Part shown: positions 52,924 to 59,642 of the stretch, piece by piece
Layout: each line of letters starts with the position of its first letter
Numbering within the stretch: the first letter of the stretch is position 1
Source of the DNA: a virus
Lineage: Duplodnaviria > Caudoviricetes
Reading direction: 5' to 3' (one strand)
IMG/VR virus record: IMGVR_UViG_3300037248_000128
Span: 1 to 59,642 of that record
Length of the DNA stretch: 59,642 bases
Program-made: the position numbers and the translations under genes
The notes under the pieces: generated by a model
Seen by the model: the letters and a program-made list of their open reading frames with translations, nothing else
The model's database searches: none
What the model was told of the DNA's origin: nothing

Positions 52924-54693
52924 ATGCGGATACCCGGGCGCGGCAAAGAGAAGTTCGTTCGCGAAATCGTAGACAGTTGCACCGTTTCTCAAACAGAGCG
53001 AGTGCAACGCGGGAGCTATTTCAAGAATTACTTTCTGTTCGGCTCGCAAAACCCGCAGGGCGCGGCGATTTATAACAAGACCTTCTCGTATCTCGACGAC
53101 CTCGAATCTCTACTTTATTCGCCCGTCTCATTGCGCTTCCACATCGGCGACCCGGATTTGCCCAATGTGGTCGAGCGCGCGAAGGGCCAGGCGGCGGCGG
53201 CGAAGCTGCGCCAGTTGTGCCGCTCGACCGAGACCGACACGGTTATCTCGTCCGCGGTGTGCTGGGCGCTGGTCAAGGGCAAGACCTTCACGAAGGAGCT
53301 TCCGCGCGGGAATGAGCTGAAGTCGATCCTCGTGCAGCCGGAAACGATAGGCGTCCTGCATGAGAATCACGGATGCCTCGACGAGGACATGGAGGCGTTC
53401 ACGCACTCCATGTACATCACGCTCAACCAACTAGAGCGGCTGGTCTGGGCGCATCCCGAGCGGGACAAGATCGTCGCCAGGGCAAAGCGCCACGCGATCA
53501 TCACCCGCGATTCTCTCGGCGAGCTGAGCGGCGCGCAGAGACAGGTCGTCGTCGGCGGTCTCTATCCGTTCCAGGCTGGCGGCGGGACGCCGACGAATCA
53601 GCGCGGAATCGTCGACTGGATGGGCGGGGCGACGCCTCAGATCGCACCTGCGGTCATCAACGAGGTCGTGCGGCTGGACGAGGTGTGGGTCTGGGATACC
53701 GAGCGCGGCGACTGGTCGACGTTCCAGCAGATCGGCGACGACATCCTGCTGATCGGGAAATACCAGATTTACAATGCCTTCGCGTGGGACCCTCAGACGC
53801 AGCAGGAAAACCCGGAGCTGAAGGGCAAGCATCCATTCACCGAGTTCTGCCCCTCGCCCCTTGATGGCTACTTCTGGGCCCAATCGGAGATCATGCACGT
53901 CGCGCTCTTGCAGGAAGCGATCAACGCGCGGGTCAACGGGATCAACGCGCTGCTCCGCCGGCAGGAAGACCCGCCCGTGCGGTTCATCGGCGGCTCCGGC
54001 GTCAACCAACTGGCGCTGTCCAAGTTCCGCAAGCCGGGCGGGCACATCGTCGACACAAACCCCGGCGCCAAGATCGAGCCGATGCCGCCGCAGATCAGCG
54101 AGGACCTGTGGAACTCTCTGCACGAATACGAGCGGATGTTCGACGACATGGGCGGGCTTCCGCCGATCGCTCGAGGACGGGGTGAAGCAGGTGTCCGCAG
54201 TCAGGCGCACGCCGAGACGCTCGTTCGGATGTTCTCGCCCAGGTTCAAGGACCGGGCCCTCTTGATCGAGCGGTCAGTCGAGCGCCTTGCTTCTCTCAAG
54301 CTGGACCTCGCCAAGGCGTACATCCCGCAGAAGCTAACGGCATGGGTTCCGGAAGCGATGGCGGGTGCAGAGGCGGAGGTCGTGAAGAACCCGTTCCTCG
54401 TCCCACCCGCGCCCGGCATGGTCGCGATCAACTTCATGTACGGCGACCTCGACGACGACATGACGCTGACAGTCGATGCGCACTCCTCGTCGCCGGCGTT
54501 CGCCGCCGAGGCGCGCGCGCTGCTGTTCGATCTGTTCAAGATTCAGGCGATCGGCCAGGAAGACGTGCTGGTCCGCTCAGAGGTCGACGATCCCGAAGAC
54601 CTCATCGCTGGACTGGAACGCAGGCGAGCCGCGCAGGCTGAAGCCGCGGCGAAAGACCAGCAGCTCAAGCTGATCTCAGGCGGGAAGCGCTAG
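52924..54693 (+). CDS. Portal protein (opposite orientation to other virion genes)
   Basis: 589 aa, next to head genes; YNK...LYSP, P.DGYFW.QSE...LQ..IN, GRGEAGVRS. Confidence 0.75.
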   Translation: MRIPGRGKEKFVREIVDSCTVSQTERVQRGSYFKNYFLFGSQNPQGAAIYNKTFSYLDDLESLLYSPVSLRFHIGDPDLPNVVERAKGQAAAAKLRQLCRSTETDTVISSAVCWALVKGKTFTKELPRGNELKSILVQPETIGVLHENHGCLDEDMEAFTHSMYITLNQLERLVWAHPERDKIVARAKRHAIITRDSLGELSGAQRQVVVGGLYPFQAGGGTPTNQRGIVDWMGGATPQIAPAVINEVVRLDEVWVWDTERGDWSTFQQIGDDILLIGKYQIYNAFAWDPQTQQENPELKGKHPFTEFCPSPLDGYFWAQSEIMHVALLQEAINARVNGINALLRRQEDPPVRFIGGSGVNQLALSKFRKPGGHIVDTNPGAKIEPMPPQISEDLWNSLHEYERMFDDMGGLPPIARGRGEAGVRSQAHAETLVRMFSPRFKDRALLIERSVERLASLKLDLAKAYIPQKLTAWVPEAMAGAEAEVVKNPFLVPPAPGMVAINFMYGDLDDDMTLTVDAHSSSPAFAAEARALLFDLFKIQAIGQEDVLVRSEVDDPEDLIAGLERRRAAQAEAAAKDQQLKLISGGKR

Positions 54694-54881
54694 GCGTGTC
54701 CGCAGCCTGAGCCGGCGCCGAACACCAGCCACAGGATTTCGCAGGCTAGGACGAACAGCCCCAATCCGTTGGCGAACGGCGCGTAGGGCGCGACCGTCGG
54801 CGCTCGCATCCAGCCCCAACCGCCACCGGTCAGGATGCAGTAGACGAGGGTCGCAAGAATCAGGAAGGGTAGGAAGGACAT
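54690..54881 (-). CDS. Small membrane protein
   Basis: Two hydrophobic helices, GAGG RBS. Confidence 0.6.
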   Translation of the reverse strand: MSFLPFLILATLVYCILTGGGWGWMRAPTVAPYAPFANGLGLFVLACEILWLVFGAGSGCGHA

Positions 54882-54894
54882 TTGGCGTTTCCTC

Positions 54895-55473
54895 TTAGTG
54901 GGCCGGCGTTGGGGTCGCTTGTGACGGCGGCGCGACAAGGCCAGCGGGCCCCGGAAATCCACCGGGAATATAGGTGACAGGGTTAGAGACAGGCAGCGCG
55001 CGTGTGCCCGAGAAGAAGGTCGACGCGCCGAACAAGAGCGATCCTATAACCCCAGCGGCCAGCAACAGTTGCATGATGGTCGCGCCGGTTAGGCCAAGCC
55101 CCTCGGACTTGCCGGTCTGGATGTTGGTCGCACGCTGCGTCGACTCCTTGTAGGCGTTGAACGTCGCTTCGGAGAGCGTCTTACCTAAGCGCTCCTCGGT
55201 GGTGCGGCGCCACTCCTCGCCGGATTTCCTATCGGCGTCGTAGAGTTCGCGCGGCACGCTGGCGGCGTTCGCTGCGAGAAGGCGCTGACCTTCGTGGTTG
55301 AGCGAGTCGAAGTGGACCTTGTTCGCCTCTGCTTGCAGCTTCAGCGCCTCGTCGGCCGCGTCCAGCCGCGCCTTGAGCAGATCAACCGCAGCCTCGCGCG
55401 CAGCGACCTCGGCGTCGATCTTCGCTTGGAAGAACTCCTTCAGAGTGTCGATGGTCCACTGACTCTCGGCCAT
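54895..55473 (-). CDS. Coiled-coil protein with C-terminal TM helix
   Basis: MAESQWTIDTLKEFF...; hydrophobic segment near the C-terminus. Confidence 0.65.
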   Translation of the reverse strand: MAESQWTIDTLKEFFQAKIDAEVAAREAAVDLLKARLDAADEALKLQAEANKVHFDSLNHEGQRLLAANAASVPRELYDADRKSGEEWRRTTEERLGKTLSEATFNAYKESTQRATNIQTGKSEGLGLTGATIMQLLLAAGVIGSLLFGASTFFSGTRALPVSNPVTYIPGGFPGPAGLVAPPSQATPTPAH

Positions 55474-55543
55474 GCTGGAAAATGACGGGCGGAGCGGCGC
55501 TTTGGCAAGACGGCCCCTTGCGCGTGGGCTACGGTGATCACCG

Positions 55544-56096
55544 ATGGCCCGAAAGAACAAGACTGCTGTCGCCGGCATCCCGAAGTCGACTCTGCTGACG
55601 CTCGCTAATGAGATGTGCCGCGAGCGGGGCGAACGGCCCAATCGCGGAGTCGTTGCGACCGTTCAGCTAATGACCGGTAGGACTAGGGCGCGCTCTGCCG
55701 CGTGGAAGTGGCTGGCGAGTGAGTATCGCCGGCGAAACACGATTGCCGAGCCGCCCCGGCAGAAGCGGCGGCCCGCGTCCCGTCCAGCCGAGTCGTTCTA
55801 CAACTCGAAAGAATGGCGGGCGGTTCGGTTTAAGGCGTTGAAGGGCTCTAACGGATGCTGCGCCCTATGTGGGCGCTCACCCCGCGAGCATGGCATCGTT
55901 CTGCACGTCGACCACATCAAGCCCCGCTCAAAGCGGCCCGACCTCGAACTCGCCCTGAGCAACCTTCAGGTTCTCTGTCAGGACTGCAACATGGGCAAGT
56001 CGAACCGAGACGATACCCGATTGGCGGCCAGCGCCGTCAGCGGAGTCAGACGACGACTTCCTAACCGTCCTCGCGATTGCGGCAAACGACCGCTAG
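55544..56096 (+). CDS. HNH endonuclease with a probable +1 frameshift near its 3' end
   Basis: FYNSKEWRAVR..CALCG..LHVDHIKP..NLQVLCQDCNMGKSN; extra C at 56016-56018. Confidence 0.8.
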
Positions 56097-56596
56097 ACCG
56101 CCTGATCAATCCTCGCCTGGATCGCCGCCGGGTTGTTCAGGTAGGCGGTGAGCGAGTCGATGTACGGCTGCGCGTTGCCGATCTGCGTCAGCCAGAAGAT
56201 TTGGTCCTGCGTGAGCATCTGCTCGACGGGGACGCCGGTCGAAACCTGTCCTTGGCGGGACAACCAAGCATGGCCGCCGTCGTGGATGATGCAGCCGGCC
56301 CACCAGAGCGGGTCGCTGTTGATCTGCAGATCCTCGACGCCGATGTAGAAGTTGTAGTCGCCCGCCTGTTGATCGGCCGTCCCCGCGCAGGGCGTGAAGC
56401 TGCGGTTGGGCGCGATCCCGAGTCCCGCGAGCGCGCCGATGTAGCTGATCATCCCCGGCGTCAGCGTCTTGGAGTTGCTCTGCAGGAACGTCGTCGCGCC
56501 GATCAGAACCGCGAGCGCATGGGTCGCGTCGTTCGGCTGCACGGCGGGGTCGACGATCACCGGGACGAGCCGGCCGAGTAGGGCGAGTTGGGTCAT
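56093..56596 (-). CDS. Hypothetical protein with HDGGH (HExxH-like) motif
   Basis: 167 aa in the virion operon. Confidence 0.65.
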   Translation of the reverse strand: MTQLALLGRLVPVIVDPAVQPNDATHALAVLIGATTFLQSNSKTLTPGMISYIGALAGLGIAPNRSFTPCAGTADQQAGDYNFYIGVEDLQINSDPLWWAGCIIHDGGHAWLSRQGQVSTGVPVEQMLTQDQIFWLTQIGNAQPYIDSLTAYLNNPAAIQARIDQAV

Positions 56597-57235
56597 CTAA
56601 CCTCCGTACGACGCGACTAGCGCCAGCACCATCGCTTCGGCGTTCGGCGCCGCGGTGCGGATCTGAGTCGCCGCACCCAAGCCGATGTTGTCCAGCAGGG
56701 TGAAGCTCTGATCCTCGTAGCCGACGAACATCTGCCGCGTGACCCAGTTGTAGGCGACGAAGGCCACGATGTCGCCGTTGATCGGGACGGACCAGAACGG
56801 GTTGATCTGCGGGACGTTGAACTCGCCGAGCGCCTCGAGCTTGCCTTCGCCGGTCATGCTGAAGGCGGCGGGAGCGTTAGCGAACTTGTCCCAGGCGAGA
56901 GTGCCGGAACTGGTCATGGTGGCGACACTGGCGGCCGTGAGGGCGCCAGAAGCGGCAAACGCCCCAGAGCCCGCCCATGCAGCTACGCCGGGCGGTGCGC
57001 CAGTGGCATCGCCCGCGAAGACGCCCTGGCCCGTCAGAGACGCAACCACAGTCGTCACCGCGCTGCCGACGAACGAGAGCGAGCCGATCCCCGTCAGCGC
57101 GCCAACGGTTGGGCCCACCGGGGTCGAGACGTTGCCGACGAATGCGCCGGCGCCAGCCCACGTCGCGACCGCTTGATTCGATTCGCCGACCGCGGCGAGC
57201 GCGCCTGAGCCAGCCCATACGGCGACAGAGGCCAT
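56597..57235 (-). CDS. Virion protein, Ala/Gly-rich repeats
   Basis: WAGSGA-type repeats. Confidence 0.65.
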   Translation of the reverse strand: MASVAVWAGSGALAAVGESNQAVATWAGAGAFVGNVSTPVGPTVGALTGIGSLSFVGSAVTTVVASLTGQGVFAGDATGAPPGVAAWAGSGAFAASGALTAASVATMTSSGTLAWDKFANAPAAFSMTGEGKLEALGEFNVPQINPFWSVPINGDIVAFVAYNWVTRQMFVGYEDQSFTLLDNIGLGAATQIRTAAPNAEAMVLALVASYGG

Positions 57236-57421
57236 CTAGGCTCCGATCACGGCATCCCGGGCGGCGAACATGCGGGCCTTGATCGCGGCGGGGTCGGTCA
57301 CGCCTTCGGCCTGCGCTCTTTGGAGCTCGGCGAGCATCGCCTGTTCGATCACCCTGTCCTGCGGGGTCATCTCGCCGGAAAGCGGCCCGACCATGACGAA
57401 AGCGGCTTCGACGACGGGCAT
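57236..57421 (-). CDS. Hypothetical protein
   Basis: Packed tightly between neighbours. Confidence 0.6.
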   Translation of the reverse strand: MPVVEAAFVMVGPLSGEMTPQDRVIEQAMLAELQRAQAEGVTDPAAIKARMFAARDAVIGA

Positions 57422-57422
57422 C

Positions 57423-57851
57423 TCAGGTGATCGTCAGCGCCGATGCGGTGGTGAGAGCCGGCGTCACGCCGTTCCCGGTCACGATCGAGGGGCTGATCGG
57501 GCCGCTCCACAGGATGATACCTGCGCCGCTCGACAGCATGCCGATCGAGGCGAAGGTCGCCGTACCGGAACCGCCCGTGCCGGTCGGGAAAGTGACGTTG
57601 GCGGCAGGGCTGACGGCGTTCGAGGTCACGGTCCAGCCGACGTTCGAACGCGCGACAGCTACACGGGCGTAGCCGGTGTACGTGACCTCGCTGGTCGCCT
57701 GAGTACCGCCGGCGCCTGGGTCGGCGGTGTGCAAAGCAACGTAGAGATTAGTTGCCGGGCTTGAAGTAGCGTTTATCGCTATTGAAGTCCATGTCGTTGC
57801 ATTGAAGACCAATAACAAGAGCGAATTCGCTGTGGCGGTGGATGTGCCCAT
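57423..57851 (-). CDS. Virion structural protein
   Basis: LYVALHTADPG...EVTYTGYARVAV...VTFP. Confidence 0.75.
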   Translation of the reverse strand: MGTSTATANSLLLLVFNATTWTSIAINATSSPATNLYVALHTADPGAGGTQATSEVTYTGYARVAVARSNVGWTVTSNAVSPAANVTFPTGTGGSGTATFASIGMLSSGAGIILWSGPISPSIVTGNGVTPALTTASALTIT

Positions 57852-57962
57852 CTATACTTCCCCATTGACTAGGGCGCAGCGTCGCGCCAAATTCGGGCGG
57901 CGTGAGAACCTGTTCCGAGGTTCGCCACGCCTAACCGATGAACGACTGACAGGAGTCGCGTC

Positions 57963-58568
57963 ATGGCTGAGAAGCCTCGTACCACAAAAATCTGCGCGGT
58001 GTCGGGATGCGAGAAGCCAGTCCGAACCGCTGGCCTCTGCGTTGCGCACTATAGCCGCTGGTATCGCGGCAAGCCGCTGGAGGGCCCGCTTCGCCTCGTA
58101 GGCGTGCCCGTACAGCAACGATTCGATAGTAAGGTCAGGCGAGGCGCGCCCGACGAGTGCTGGCCGTGGCTCGGCGCCACGAGTCCCAAAGGGTACGGTG
58201 TTCTTCAGCTCGGTACCGCCGTTGAGAGTGACACCCGGTTCGCTCATAGGCTTGCGTGGGAGTACGCGAACGGCCCGATCCCAGAAGGCCAGCGCGTCCT
58301 GCACCGCTGCGACAATCCGCCGTGCTGCAATCCCGGTCACCTGTTCCTTGGAACGGACACCGACAATCAGCGCGACAAGGTGGAGAAAGGGCGACAAGCA
58401 AAGGGGCAGGATTTGCCGCAAACCGTGCTGACGCCCGCCGACGTGCGAGCAATCAGGCGGTCGCTCGCAGCGGGACAAACGCAGGAACTCATCGGCCTCC
58501 GCTACGGTGTCTCCCGGGCGACTATCGGACAGATAAAGCGCGGCGAGACGTGGCGGCATGTCGTCTAA
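57963..58568 (+). CDS. HNH homing endonuclease (antisense)
   Basis: ECWPWLGA...GYG...AHRLAWE...VLHRCDNPPCCNPGHLFLGT..DN. Confidence 0.92.
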   Translation: MAEKPRTTKICAVSGCEKPVRTAGLCVAHYSRWYRGKPLEGPLRLVGVPVQQRFDSKVRRGAPDECWPWLGATSPKGYGVLQLGTAVESDTRFAHRLAWEYANGPIPEGQRVLHRCDNPPCCNPGHLFLGTDTDNQRDKVEKGRQAKGQDLPQTVLTPADVRAIRRSLAAGQTQELIGLRYGVSRATIGQIKRGETWRHVV

Positions 58569-59170
58569 CTGATCTTGCCCAGCGAGCGCAGCGCCTTCTC
58601 GCCCGGCTGACGGCCGACGCCGGCCACGTTCGGGCTGATCGCCATGTTGCGGTAGCGGCCATGGATGGCGCGCATGCCCATCATCTGAGCCTGGCGAGCG
58701 TGCAGACCACCAGCGTCCGCGACCGCCTTGCCCGAGAAGAACTCGTCGGCGGCCTTCTGAAGGTTCATCGGGTTGCCGGCCATGTCGCGGCCGACGCCCA
58801 GCCGCGGCGCCATCGTCTCGCCCTCGCGGATGTTGTCCTTCAGGTCGGTCAAATGATGGTCTTCCATGACGATGTTCGCCGTGGTGTCGATCGCCTTGAC
58901 CACAGGCTTGTCGCCGATCACTCCCGGCGCGCGCTGTTCCTCGAACATCTTCGTGCGGTTGGCGACTTCGCGCTGAATCTGTTCCTCGATCGCCGCAGCC
59001 TTACACGCTTTTCGGGGACAGGGGCGGTCGTCGTCGGTGATGCGCGAAGTGACGTAGCTGTACGGCTGATTGCACCTCAAGCACTGGCAGCGAATGCGAT
59101 AGCGCTTAGGCTTCAAATATCCGTCCGGCGGCAGAGTGTCGCGGCCCTCGTAGGCGAAGAAGTCGGTCAC
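58565..59170 (-). CDS. Hypothetical protein with Zn-ribbon
   Basis: CQCLRC...CPRKAC; LTDLKDNIREGE. Confidence 0.7.
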   Translation of the reverse strand: MTDFFAYEGRDTLPPDGYLKPKRYRIRCQCLRCNQPYSYVTSRITDDDRPCPRKACKAAAIEEQIQREVANRTKMFEEQRAPGVIGDKPVVKAIDTTANIVMEDHHLTDLKDNIREGETMAPRLGVGRDMAGNPMNLQKAADEFFSGKAVADAGGLHARQAQMMGMRAIHGRYRNMAISPNVAGVGRQPGEKALRSLGKIS

Positions 59171-59325
59171 TTAAGCCTCGCGTTCCGGGCTGCGCGACGG
59201 ATGATCGCCATCGCATCGGGAATGCCACACCAGTTGACCAGCCCTTCTTTCAGGGCCAGCGAGGAAGCGGCAATGAGAACCTCGCGGTCGACGTAATCAG
59301 CGCGGCGTTGCTCAGCGGGGGTCAT
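59167..59325 (-). CDS. Hypothetical protein
   Basis: Start/stop overlaps on both sides. Confidence 0.5.
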   Translation of the reverse strand: MTPAEQRRADYVDREVLIAASSLALKEGLVNWCGIPDAMAIIRRAARNARLK

Positions 59326-59642
59326 TGCGCTGGGCGCCACGCCACAGGCTGAGTCGGTAGCTTCGTCCCACCAGCGTTGCGAACGGCCCAGAAGCCCCCC
59401 TGCTGCCATTGGCCACAGACCATGAACCGCGTGTGCCGCCATACCGTCTCTATCGGTAGCCACCCGTTGCGATCGAGGTGCAGCGTCCAGATCGGCTTTC
59501 CATCGTCGGGGGCTGAGTCCATATTGAGGTCCCAGCCCTCGGGCAGACGCGGCGGGAACTTGATCAGCGCGAGGTGACCGTTTGCCTTGGCCGCGACCTT
59601 CGCCGGCTTCGCATCCTCGGGCGCTTTGACGCGATGTTCCGT
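59322..59642 (-). CDS. Hypothetical protein, 5' end outside the window (DUF551-like)
   Basis: Frame open to the right edge; WDLNMDSAPDDG...PVAWRP. Confidence 0.55.
   Translation of the reverse strand, partial: TEHRVKAPEDAKPAKVAAKANGHLALIKFPPRLPEGWDLNMDSAPDDGKPIWTLHLDRNGWLPIETVWRHTRFMVCGQWQQGGFWAVRNAGGTKLPTQPVAWRPAQ

Noticed and set aside
53509-53545. Portal segment SLGELS as self-target of unit 41149-41212
   Set aside because: Only about 4 of 12 dinucleotides match; within chance
59322-59642. In-frame circular join of terL (base 1) to the ORF at the right edge
   Set aside because: Frames happen to agree, but there is no terminal overlap and the right-edge ORF resembles a separate small-protein family; some sequence is probably missing

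Overview
A high-GC, near-complete tailed dsDNA phage genome. The host is probably alphaproteobacterial (GapR/DUF2312 gene, alpha-type tRNA-CAT), and the virion genes look podovirus-like (internal/ejection proteins, no tape measure seen). Recognisable modules: large terminase (runs off the left edge), lysis, replication/recombination (YdaU-like, O-like initiator, RuvC, RecE/RecT, two methyltransferases), virion genes (capsid, scaffold, inverted portal, tail and ejection proteins) and seven HNH endonucleases. The stand-out element is a cassette at about 39290-41600 inserted in the virion operon. It encodes a small regulator, a stand-alone Cas7/RAMP-like protein, a partner gene and non-coding arrays with 5-nt periodicity (GGY-like triplet + variable NN), cut into about 11 units by GGC(A/T)G-GNNN junctions; one extra unit lies on the opposite strand. 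Reading only the NN dinucleotides with one skipped base (NN-x-NN-x) spells codon positions 1-2 of recognisable proteins: the adjacent virion gene, the RAMP gene itself, an HNH motif, an ImmA/IrrE peptidase motif and a ThiF/E1 Rossmann motif. The phage's own copies of the first two targets mismatch partly through Ser/Arg codon-box switches. This points to an RNA-guided, wobble-skipping targeting system aimed at rival phages and host defence genes. From memory it resembles the recently reported VIPR-type systems, which I cannot verify here. All family assignments are by motif recognition, not database search.
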